Part shown: piece after piece, positions 18,247 to 26,579 of the stretch | Numbering within the stretch: position 1 is the stretch's first letter | Layout of the letters: every line of letters starts with the position of its first letter | NCBI GenBank assembly: GCA_964581795.1 | Contig: CAZOPW010000003.1 | Location: 1 to 61,091, forward strand | Direction of reading: 5' to 3' | DNA: 61,091 nucleotides | Source: an uncultured Thermoplasmatales archaeon | GTDB taxonomy: Archaea > Thermoplasmatota > E2 > DHVEG-1 | The notes under the pieces: generated by a model | What the model saw: the letters and a program-made list of their open reading frames with translations, nothing else | Told to the model about the DNA's origin: nothing | Databases searched by the model: none | Program-made: the position numbers and the translations under genes

Positions 18247-19400
18247 AGTTCTCCGACTTCCTTACATGTTTTTTCTAGTACCGGTATGAACTCTTCAATT
18301 ATTGATTTTGTTATCTGAGGCATTATGACAATTCGAAAACCTGAAAGATGTTCTACTTTGTTTACTTTCCAACCATGTTCTTCTAACTTATTCACAATAT
18401 CATTTAAATGGTTAACTTTAACAGTGATGACATTAAGGGTAGGTTTTGTTACTGTATTTAATCCAATTGCCTTAATTTTTTGAAGTGTATATTTTGTAAG
18501 ATCCATTACGTTTTTTACCAGTTCTTGGTAACCTTTGATTCCTAAATGATGAGCGACAGCATAGCCTGCTGCTATAGGGGCTCCAGAACGAGTTCCCAAT
18601 ATACCTGCTTGTTTCTCTGTACTGATACATTGTGACTTCACACTGATTTCTTCTAACCATGTTTTATCTCTGATTACAAGAGTTCCTAATGGGATAGCGG
18701 CATATCCCATTTTATGAGCATCAAGAGAAATTGTGCTAATTCCAGGGAGTGTAAAATCAACACATGGTAAATCATAACCGATTTGCCTTAAGAATGGAAT
18801 GATGAATCCTCCAAAGGCAGCATCCACATGTAAAAAGATATGTTCTTCCTCACAGATTTCTGATAATTCTTCAATAGGATCAATTGCACCAACATCAGTT
18901 GTACCAGCAATACCAACCAGTGCCGCTGTTTCTTTTGTTATCTTTTTTTTAATTTTGGATGTATCCATTGTTTGGTTCCTTGTGACTGGTATTGTAGTTA
19001 GATTCATGTTCATTAATGATGCAATTTTTTGAAATGAGAAATGTGCTGATTTTGGAAGTATGATTTCTTTTTTTTCAGTAAGTTGTTTTGCGATCCACAT
19101 CGCGGCAATATTTCCTTCCGTTCCGCCACTGACAATGTGACCTGATGCAGTTGAGGGTGCATTTAAAAATTTTAAGATAAAAGAGAGGAAGTGTTTTTCA
19201 ATTTCTTTTGTACCGGGGAATAATCCTGGGTCACCAATATTTGTTTCTAAAAATTGATAATATGCTTTTTTTGCAATTGGGTGTGGTTGACTACACATTG
19301 ATCCAAGGACACGACCGGAACTGAAATTATAGTCTTTTTTTTGAAAATCTGCAAGTTTTTTTATGACTTCTTCGCGTGTATCACCAGTTTCTGCAGACAT
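18243..19400 (-). CDS. mfnA: PLP-dependent L-tyrosine/L-aspartate decarboxylase
   Basis: Group II decarboxylase pattern with PLP lysine context SLDAHKMGYA. 4-nt overlap with hpt. Confidence 0.85.
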   Translation of the reverse strand: MSAETGDTREEVIKKLADFQKKDYNFSSGRVLGSMCSQPHPIAKKAYYQFLETNIGDPGLFPGTKEIEKHFLSFILKFLNAPSTASGHIVSGGTEGNIAAMWIAKQLTEKKEIILPKSAHFSFQKIASLMNMNLTTIPVTRNQTMDTSKIKKKITKETAALVGIAGTTDVGAIDPIEELSEICEEEHIFLHVDAAFGGFIIPFLRQIGYDLPCVDFTLPGISTISLDAHKMGYAAIPLGTLVIRDKTWLEEISVKSQCISTEKQAGILGTRSGAPIAAGYAVAHHLGIKGYQELVKNVMDLTKYTLQKIKAIGLNTVTKPTLNVITVKVNHLNDIVNKLEEHGWKVNKVEHLSGFRIVIMPQITKSIIEEFIPVLEKTCKEVGEL

Positions 19401-20026
19401 ATTTTATCACCAAAACCACACCAGTTAATGTATAATTAATATTTCGGCTTTATTTTCTACATATAGGTCATAAATTAATACTTTGAGTTATAGAAAACTC
19501 ATACATTTTTTTTAAATTTATTTCTTCTGGATTCTGCTAATTTTTTTACCATATATGATTTGAAAAGTCTGTATTTACGATGTAATTAATTAAGTTATTA
19601 TGAACAAACATAGGTTAAAATTTTGCCTCTTCTCCAAATTTAGGTAAGGAAATCTAACGATTTCCTCCAGAAAGGATTAGAGGAAGAAAAATGTTGGTAA
19701 TTCTTTGAAAAACAACAATCAATCATTGGTCATAATGGGGATTAATTCAAACGGGATCTTTGAATCATCTCTTTTGATGGTAATATACGAATGGAAATAG
19801 GGCTGAAATGTCATTTTCTCGAAGAAAATACAACTACCTAAGAATAGAGAAGAATCAATATAATTAATTCAAAATAAAAAATTTAAATAAAAAAGAGGAA
19901 AAATTAGTTTACCTGCTATTAATGTGTATAATTCAAAAGTCCTATAAAAAAATTTATTTTTCATCACTGTCTTTCTCTAAAGCTTCTTCCTAAAGATTTT
20001 AATACTCGAAAATCTATTTTGGTTAC

Positions 20027-20344
20027 ATGATGGAAAAAAAGGATGCGGCTGAGGAGGTTACTACGTTTTTAAAACTTCCTGTATACACCCGATCTGGTGA
20101 TTATGTAGGACATATTCGTAATGTTTTTCTAGATATGGAACAAAAACGTGTAAGTAGTTTACTTGTAACAAATACGAATGCTTCAATTGTTGAAGGATCT
20201 GTCGATGTTGCAGTTCCATACCGATGGGTGAATGCAGTAGGAGATATTGTCATTTTATCATATTTTCCCGAACGAGTAACCACTCAGAAGAAGGAAGAAC
20301 CTACTGAAGAAGAAAATCCTGATGATATTGATATCATAGAATAA
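20027..20344 (+). CDS. PRC-barrel domain protein
   Basis: 105 aa. Pattern VYTRSGDYVGHIRNVFLD...VPYRWV is typical of PRC barrels. Acidic C-terminal tail. Confidence 0.6.
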   Translation: MMEKKDAAEEVTTFLKLPVYTRSGDYVGHIRNVFLDMEQKRVSSLLVTNTNASIVEGSVDVAVPYRWVNAVGDIVILSYFPERVTTQKKEEPTEEENPDDIDIIE

Positions 20345-20350
20345 CCAGAT

Positions 20351-20357
20351 TTTTTTG
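20351..20357 (+). terminator. oligo-T tract (T7), the loop of the small AACCA...TGGTT hairpin after the PRC-barrel gene
   Basis: It begins 7 nt after the stop at 20344. Confidence 0.3.
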
Positions 20358-20604
20358 GTTATTTTCTGATTTTTTATTCAACTCAATATATAGTTTTGAT
20401 TTCGCCTTCAATTTTTCTGAAACAACCACATTACGTTGATATGTTTTCTTTCAACTAAATAGAAATATTTTTATTCTTCTAAGGAGTTATAATCAATGGT
20501 AAAAAGTTTTAAAAGCAAATCCTTTTATATAATGAAGTTTATATTTTATTAATGGATGTTTGCCTATCTCAAAGATGTTGTTTCACCACAATTGTACAAC
20601 AATC

Positions 20605-20612
20605 TTTAAATA
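20605..20612 (+). promoter_or_regulatory. TATA-box-like element (TTTAAATA) upstream of envelope gene A1
   Basis: About 51 nt upstream of ATG 20663, with an AGGTGA SD-like element between. The spacing is about the same as for A2. Confidence 0.4.
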
Positions 20613-20662
20613 GGTTAATAACAAAAAACATCTACCGGGAATAACGAATAATAGGTGAAAAA

Positions 20663-21676
20663 ATGGTCAAACGAAATGGACTGATAACAACAGGTGCACT
20701 TGTTTTACTACTGCTAAGTATTGCAATCATGGGTCCTGTTGTTTCTGCTGAGGATACGGCTACGACCGCAGATCAAACAGATCAGAATCCAAAACTGTTT
20801 AGCTTTAATTCTTACATTCAAATTTATTATGATACTGCTCCATTAAATGAAAATTTGCAGATTGATGAATCTAAGAACGTTCCGATTACCATCACATATA
20901 AAACGGATGTACCTTCTGACTTTTTGAGAATTTTGCCATGGCAATTGAGAAATATCTTACTATACGGTAGTATGATTGGTCCAATGCAACAAATTTCATT
21001 GGAAATATTAGATGAACCAGAATGGGCGGATATTACGCTTGCAAAAAAGGATATTTTAACAGATATTCCAGTTCAAGGAAGCCCTACTACGGAACAAACA
21101 AGTCTTATTCTTTCACCATATGAAGAAGCTCCTGCTCAACCTTATACGATTACACTTAGAGCATCTTGTGGCCAGATTGGCCGGGTTAATGGATTTAGCA
21201 CTGCAGTTGATATTGTATTTACTCCTTCATTCGTTCCGACAGTGACTATTGTTCCTGAAAGACCAACAAGAACGGTTGGACCTCGTGAATCTGTTAACTT
21301 CGAAATAAGAGTTAAAAATGAAGCGAATAAAAAAGCTCGAATTACTCCAAGACTCAATACATCTGCCCCAGATTGGAGTCCAACAATCAATCCGCCGTTC
21401 TTTGATGTCTTGCCAGGATCTGAAGAAAAATTTACTTTTTCAGTTTATACACCATATGATTTTGGTTGGCATAATGAAATCCAGTCATTTCAAATTGATT
21501 TCACAACTCGAATCTTTCCATTACAAGAAGATGCAGCTGTTGGAGGACCATATGCAATCTATCTTCGAATTAATAATTATGGATTCTCTACACCAGGATT
21601 TGAACTATTGCCAATACTTGCGGCTATTGGTATTGCGTTAATACTCGTAAGAAATAAGTATCTTGATAAAAAATAG
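20663..21676 (+). CDS. secreted envelope protein A1 with PGF-CTERM sorting signal
   Basis: N-terminal signal peptide (LVLLLLSIAIMGPVVSAED). It has an Ig/CARDB-like segment VNFEIRVKNEANKKARITP. C-terminus is STPGFELLPILAAIGIALILVRNKYLDKK. Paralog of 23583..24704. Confidence 0.8.
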   Translation: MVKRNGLITTGALVLLLLSIAIMGPVVSAEDTATTADQTDQNPKLFSFNSYIQIYYDTAPLNENLQIDESKNVPITITYKTDVPSDFLRILPWQLRNILLYGSMIGPMQQISLEILDEPEWADITLAKKDILTDIPVQGSPTTEQTSLILSPYEEAPAQPYTITLRASCGQIGRVNGFSTAVDIVFTPSFVPTVTIVPERPTRTVGPRESVNFEIRVKNEANKKARITPRLNTSAPDWSPTINPPFFDVLPGSEEKFTFSVYTPYDFGWHNEIQSFQIDFTTRIFPLQEDAAVGGPYAIYLRINNYGFSTPGFELLPILAAIGIALILVRNKYLDKK

Positions 21677-21717
21677 ATTAATTCAATTTCAAAAACAAAA
21701 ATATAGGGGAGTCATAA

Positions 21718-23451
21718 GTGCGCTTAAACCGATGTACAGTTATATTCATCTTATTGCTCTTTTCTTCTTTAGCATTAATTACACCAGTTTTAGCTCAAGA
21801 TGAAGAGGTGTCAGAAAATGCTGCTGAGATTAATGCAAGGATCATGGGGGATATCCCATCTATTAGAGTTACAGATTGGACTCAAATTAAACTAGAAGTC
21901 ACAGATGCATTTGGAATTGATTATAGGCAGCTCAGTGAACAAGTTCCTCGATTTATCATGGAGTTTCTTTGGCCATTAAATCCTTCGTTTCCTCAACCAG
22001 TAAAACGGTATCTTGGTCCAATGTCCATTCGTTTAATACCTGAGATTTACGACGGTAATGCGAATGGATGGCAATTACGGATGAAAACCTCAACAATTAA
22101 TAACACGTTATCAGGGGATAAACACGAGGTAACATTAGAGGTTTATGTTGATGATTCTTCCATTGATAATTCAGTTGTCGTTGGAATAAGATGTATTAGA
22201 TTGGACACTTTCGGCGATCCAATAGGTGAGTCTTGGATTTATGTTCCTGTAAAAGCATCTCCAACGAATTATATTAAAATGGAAACTCTTCAGGATAGTA
22301 GAAAAACTACTGCTCCAAAGACACTGGTTGATTTTAAGTTAGATATAAAAAATGAAGGATATTATAAGGACGTATTTGAATTTGAGATTGAGGAAGAAAA
22401 TGGGTTAATGGCTTTAATGAATCAACAAGCTGTCACTTTGCTTCCAGGGGAAACAAAACGGCTCACTCTTGAAATTTTAACACCTGAAAAATTATTTGAT
22501 CCGGGGACTCCAAACGAAATACAAATTTACGTTCGTTCAACTGGAAATACCACGAAAACACTTGTAGGAACACTTATTGTGATCACTCAAGGCGTTCATA
22601 TCTCACCACTTTTTGCAATCATTGCTATTCCAATTATTGTTTTGATAGTAGGTTTCTACATTGGTTTTGTATGGTATAAGAATAAAAAAGACCGCGAATT
22701 GTATGGAAAACCTAATAAACCATGGAATATCCCAGAAGAAAGTCAATATTTAAAAGAAATGAAGAAAAAGGATTCTGAGAAATATAATCAAGTTTTAGAC
22801 ATGATGAAGCAGGAATATGAATCTGCACTTCTTTGGTGGAAAAGTGAACAAAAACATAGTGAAGGAAAACAATCTTTTTCATTATCTGATAAATTTTCTC
22901 ACATTTTTTCAAAATCAAAAGAAGAAACTGAACGGCCCAAAGAGGAAACAAAAGAGGAAGCTGCTGAAAAAAAGAAAGAAGAAACGGAAAAATCAGTTAA
23001 AAAAAAGAGTAAACAACCCAAAAAAACAACGAAGAAAAAAGAAGAAGAGGAACCAAAAGTTGAGGAAGAAAAAAACGTAGAGAAAGAAAAAAGAAATCAA
23101 ACTGGTGAATCTTCAAAACAAAAAAAGGCTTCGCTATCTGATAAAGTAGTAACTGGATTAAAAAAATGGTTTACAGTTCCAAAAGAAGAAAAACAAAAAA
23201 AACAAAAACCTGAAAAAGAAACAAAAATAAGTGAAACAAAAGAATCAGATAGAGAATCTGCTACTGAAGAAAATGTTCAAAAGGAAAAACTGCCTGAGGA
23301 TGATTACGAAAAAGAACTCAATCAAATTGAGGAAGAACATCGAAAGAAAAGAGTCCGAAAACAAAAGGAACAAAAGCAATTAGAAAAACAAAAAACAATG
23401 AATAAAATTAAGCGTGCTCAGGAAAAACAGCGGCAAAAATTAAACAAGTAA
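21718..23451 (+). CDS. secreted, single-pass membrane envelope protein B1 with long K/E-rich cytoplasmic tail
   Basis: GTG start after AGGGGAG. It has a signal peptide (FILLLFSSLALITPVLAQDE), a CARDB/NEW3-like segment (DIKNEGYYKDVFEFEI...LLPGETKRLTLEILTPE) and a TM helix at about 22600-22680. A tail of about 255 aa follows. Paralog of 24701..25693. Confidence 0.8.
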   Translation: MRLNRCTVIFILLLFSSLALITPVLAQDEEVSENAAEINARIMGDIPSIRVTDWTQIKLEVTDAFGIDYRQLSEQVPRFIMEFLWPLNPSFPQPVKRYLGPMSIRLIPEIYDGNANGWQLRMKTSTINNTLSGDKHEVTLEVYVDDSSIDNSVVVGIRCIRLDTFGDPIGESWIYVPVKASPTNYIKMETLQDSRKTTAPKTLVDFKLDIKNEGYYKDVFEFEIEEENGLMALMNQQAVTLLPGETKRLTLEILTPEKLFDPGTPNEIQIYVRSTGNTTKTLVGTLIVITQGVHISPLFAIIAIPIIVLIVGFYIGFVWYKNKKDRELYGKPNKPWNIPEESQYLKEMKKKDSEKYNQVLDMMKQEYESALLWWKSEQKHSEGKQSFSLSDKFSHIFSKSKEETERPKEETKEEAAEKKKEETEKSVKKKSKQPKKTTKKKEEEEPKVEEEKNVEKEKRNQTGESSKQKKASLSDKVVTGLKKWFTVPKEEKQKKQKPEKETKISETKESDRESATEENVQKEKLPEDDYEKELNQIEEEHRKKRVRKQKEQKQLEKQKTMNKIKRAQEKQRQKLNK

Positions 23452-23461
23452 ATTAAACCTG

Positions 23462-23471
23462 TTTTTTTTTT
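23462..23471 (+). terminator. oligo-T tract (T10) after envelope gene B1
   Basis: It begins 11 nt after the B1 stop. Archaeal transcription terminates at oligo-T runs. Confidence 0.4.
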
Positions 23472-23522
23472 CATATAAATTTATTAAAATTTATAATATA
23501 TTTATTTTGATTTATTTAGAAA

Positions 23523-23530
23523 TATTTAAA
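23523..23530 (+). promoter_or_regulatory. TATA-box-like element (TATTTAAA) upstream of envelope gene A2
   Basis: About 53 nt upstream of the TTG start at 23583. GGAGGATTAAGGAGAGG lies between. Confidence 0.4.
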
Positions 23531-23582
23531 TTTGTTTTTTTCATTACAATCTCTAAATTGGGAGGATTAAGGAGAGGTAGTA

Positions 23583-24704
23583 TTGATTCAAAACAGGAAA
23601 TTAATTATAATTTCAGTAATTATTTTCTTACTACTCTTCCCTATATTGAATTCTGCTAGGGCAGAAGAGGATGTAAATATTTTCATTAAAGCATTCAGAT
23701 TTGGTTTAATGAATCAAAGATTTGATCAATACGTGGAATTTGAATATAATAATTCTTTGATTAATGAGAGTTTGCGTGTTGATCAATCACTTAATCTTCC
23801 GATTACATTGAAATATTGGACGAGTGTACCAGATTCATTGTGGACAATTGGTGTATGGGGATTTGGACTTTTAGATCCTATTCGAAGATATGCATTCATG
23901 GCTGCAAATAAAATAGTGTATGGAATGAGTATGCCCCAGCAATTTATTCAACTAAATATCACATCAAAACCATCCTGGCTCGAGTGTTATTTCACAAAAA
24001 ATAGATTTCCAATAAATTTTACAACATTTAATGATTCTAATAATGATCGAGGATCATTTCTATTTCCACAAAAACAAACTGGTAACCCTGGTTTTGCTAA
24101 AGAATGTTCAGATGACAATAAAAGCATTTTACGAACAAGCCTAATTATTTCGCCGTTAGCTGAGGCTCCTGCTCAAGAATACACAATAGATATAGAAGTG
24201 TATCTAGCCCCGCATGGAATGATTACTAAGGGAGTATACAAGGAATCAATAACGTTTACTCCTTCATTTTTTCCAAAAATTGATTTTTCAGTTAAAAAAC
24301 CAGTTCAACTAATTACACCTCAGCAACCTGTAAATTATCAAATTCAAGTTACAAATACTGCAAATAAGAAAATTAAAGTATTTCCAGTATTCAATAATCT
24401 TTCTTCCTTTCAGGGTGATATGAATCCAGAATTTCTTATTCTTAATGCAAACGAGTCATCTCAATTCTTCTTTTCCAAATTTACAGAAAAAGATTTTGGC
24501 TGGTATGACAAAACTAAAACATATCCTCTCAATTTTTATGTAACATTAGCACCATTCACAGATAATGAAATGTATGGCCCTTATTCAGTGAATGTAACAT
24601 TAAATACATACGGATTTTCAACTCCGGGTTATGAATCATATTTTCTTCTAATCAGTTTTTGTGTGATTATTTTTATAATGCGATTATTTGGGAGGAAAAA
24701 ATGA
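23583..24704 (+). CDS. secreted envelope protein A2 with PGF-CTERM-like (PGY) sorting signal
   Basis: TTG start after GGAGGATTAAGGAGAGG. Signal peptide present. Blocks shared with A1 include SPLAEAPAQEYTI, FTPSFFP, VNYQIQVTNTANKK and YGFSTPGYE, plus a hydrophobic and basic tail. Confidence 0.8.
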   Translation: MIQNRKLIIISVIIFLLLFPILNSARAEEDVNIFIKAFRFGLMNQRFDQYVEFEYNNSLINESLRVDQSLNLPITLKYWTSVPDSLWTIGVWGFGLLDPIRRYAFMAANKIVYGMSMPQQFIQLNITSKPSWLECYFTKNRFPINFTTFNDSNNDRGSFLFPQKQTGNPGFAKECSDDNKSILRTSLIISPLAEAPAQEYTIDIEVYLAPHGMITKGVYKESITFTPSFFPKIDFSVKKPVQLITPQQPVNYQIQVTNTANKKIKVFPVFNNLSSFQGDMNPEFLILNANESSQFFFSKFTEKDFGWYDKTKTYPLNFYVTLAPFTDNEMYGPYSVNVTLNTYGFSTPGYESYFLLISFCVIIFIMRLFGRKK

Positions 24705-25693
24705 TGAAAAATCTAAAAAGAATATTTATTGGTCTTATTCTACTATCATTTTTTATACTTCCTTCTGTCATAATTATAGATGCAGAAAAATTGGAACAAG
24801 CTGAAATCAATGCATATGTTCGTGGCGAATTACCTAGTATTCAGGTAAATGAATGGACTCCAATTAATTTAACAATTGAGAATAGGTTTGGCATTGATTG
24901 GAAAAAACTTCAAGAAAATGTATTGAAAGTTATTATTGAAGTATGGTGGCCATTAAATCCAGCTTTCCCTCAGCCAGTAAAACGGTTTTTAGGTCCTACC
25001 TCTTTGAAATTAACTGGTTTTGTTAATTCAGATAATAATGATGGATGGCATTTTGAATTTGATCCAGATTTATTCAATGGAAGTTATACCGGGGATTCAC
25101 ATAATCCTACGATGTTCGTTAAAGTTGATGATAATGCGATTAGTTACAATGAAACAGTGATTATTAATTGTACTCGTATAGATGCTCTGGGGATGAACTA
25201 TGGGTATTCCTGGATTTATTTACCATTAAAAGTCGCTCCTGAATCATATCTTTCAGTATCGAATTTAGAACAAAAAATAACTGTTACACCTAAATCATTG
25301 AATACAATTACATTTCACTTAACAAATGAAGGTTATTACAAAAACGTGTTTTATTTGAATACAAGCAGCTCAACTCAATTTTTTTACACTCAAATCCATG
25401 AACAATCAGCAGTTATTGAACCCGGAGAAACCCGTGAAGTGAAACTTAGTTTTCTAACACCTGAGAGATTCTATGATCTTGGCACCCCCCATACTATTAA
25501 TGTATTTGCTCGTCATTCACAAAACGATTCATTCGTTCATATTGGGTCTTTAACAGTGGTTACAAAAGGATTATTTTTATCTCCTTTATTCTTCATTGGT
25601 ATTCTAATATTAACGTTAATTATTTTGGTTAGTTTGATATTATTCATTTTATATCGCAGATACAAAAAAAGGTCTAAACTATCATTAATTTAA
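24701..25693 (+). CDS. secreted, single-pass membrane envelope protein B2 (no cytoplasmic tail)
   Basis: ATG at 24701 overlaps the A2 stop (ATGA) and follows GGGAGG. Blocks shared with B1 include WPLNPAFPQPVKRFLGP, SWIYLPLK, NEGYYKNVF and PGETREVKLSFLTPE. C-terminal TM helix plus YRRYKKRSK. Confidence 0.8.
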   Translation: MMKNLKRIFIGLILLSFFILPSVIIIDAEKLEQAEINAYVRGELPSIQVNEWTPINLTIENRFGIDWKKLQENVLKVIIEVWWPLNPAFPQPVKRFLGPTSLKLTGFVNSDNNDGWHFEFDPDLFNGSYTGDSHNPTMFVKVDDNAISYNETVIINCTRIDALGMNYGYSWIYLPLKVAPESYLSVSNLEQKITVTPKSLNTITFHLTNEGYYKNVFYLNTSSSTQFFYTQIHEQSAVIEPGETREVKLSFLTPERFYDLGTPHTINVFARHSQNDSFVHIGSLTVVTKGLFLSPLFFIGILILTLIILVSLILFILYRRYKKRSKLSLI

Positions 25694-25702
25694 TTGACAA
25701 GA

Positions 25703-25710
25703 TTTTTTTT
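25703..25710 (+). terminator. oligo-T tract (T8) after envelope gene B2
   Basis: It begins 10 nt after the B2 stop, in the convergent gap with the M50 protease gene. Confidence 0.35.
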
Positions 25711-25741
25711 ATGATCAAACATTTTTTCTTATCTACAAAGG

Positions 25742-26479
25742 TTACAATAATAAAGTTGGTATAATTTGGAAAATGACACTGATAAGAACTAGACTACTAA
25801 TGAACAATACGGCCCATAGCCATTTATTCCATTTATAAATAAGAACACCATCAAGTGGGCCAAATGGTAATATATTAAAAAAACCAAGGACTGCATTAAT
25901 CACAAAAACAAACCCGATAGCTGTTGAAATAAAGGAGTTCTGATTAACAAAGAAGAGTTGATATACAATAATAAGAAATGCAGCAAGGATAATATTAGCA
26001 CTAGGGCCAGCAATAGCAATACGAGCTTGTTCAAATGGGCGTGGTTTACCTCGAAACATGACTGCTCCAGGCGCTGCAAGAACAAAACCAGTAATAATTG
26101 AAAGGAATAAAGAGATCAGCAATCCTTTTGGATACATTCGAAATTCCGACCAAAGACCATATTTTTGAGCCATGAATTTATGGGCGATTTCATGAACGAC
26201 AAACGCAAATAAAACTCCAAGAAAAGAAAGAAGTAATCCAAGACTTAACCGTCCAACATCAAAATTTAACTGAAAAAGAAACATCATCAACAGACTACTT
26301 TGAGATAATGCAAAAGAAAACCCGATTGTTAACACAATGATAGCACTTAGTAGATGTTTAATTTCCATTCGGCTGAATTGGCCGGGTTTTCCCATTTTAA
26401 GAGTACCTTTTGGAAAATACATGTATTCTCTTGGAGAAAGTGTATGATATGATTGATACTGTTTCCGTTGATCCGGCAT
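25742..26479 (-). CDS. M50-family (site-2 protease-like) integral membrane zinc metalloprotease
   Basis: HEIAHKF (HExxH) sits inside a TM helix. There are multiple TM segments and a downstream NILPFGPLDG motif. Confidence 0.8.
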   Translation of the reverse strand: MPDQRKQYQSYHTLSPREYMYFPKGTLKMGKPGQFSRMEIKHLLSAIIVLTIGFSFALSQSSLLMMFLFQLNFDVGRLSLGLLLSFLGVLFAFVVHEIAHKFMAQKYGLWSEFRMYPKGLLISLFLSIITGFVLAAPGAVMFRGKPRPFEQARIAIAGPSANIILAAFLIIVYQLFFVNQNSFISTAIGFVFVINAVLGFFNILPFGPLDGVLIYKWNKWLWAVLFISSLVLISVIFQIIPTLLL

Positions 26480-26579
26480 GCTATCAAGTTCTCATCCAAA
26501 AACAAATACAAGCTTTATCAACATTTCTTAATAATCTAATCTGAAGAAAAACATGAAAAAATGATGTAACATCATTTAT

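Noticed and set aside
19775-19830. Possible C/D box sRNA (TGATGG ... CTGA)
   Set aside because: The C-box match is imperfect. The C to D spacing of about 32 nt is too short for a C/D'/C'/D architecture. No terminal stem is present.
19401-20026. Possible replication origin in the long AT-rich intergenic region
   Set aside because: I could not find repeated ORB-like elements. No orc1/cdc6 gene is adjacent. AT-richness alone is typical of intergenic DNA in this genome.
22900-23450. Repetitive AAGAA/GAAAA-rich DNA that could be mistaken for a repeat array or CRISPR
   Set aside because: It is in-frame coding low complexity (the K/E tail of B1). There is no repeat-spacer periodicity. No cas genes are in the window.
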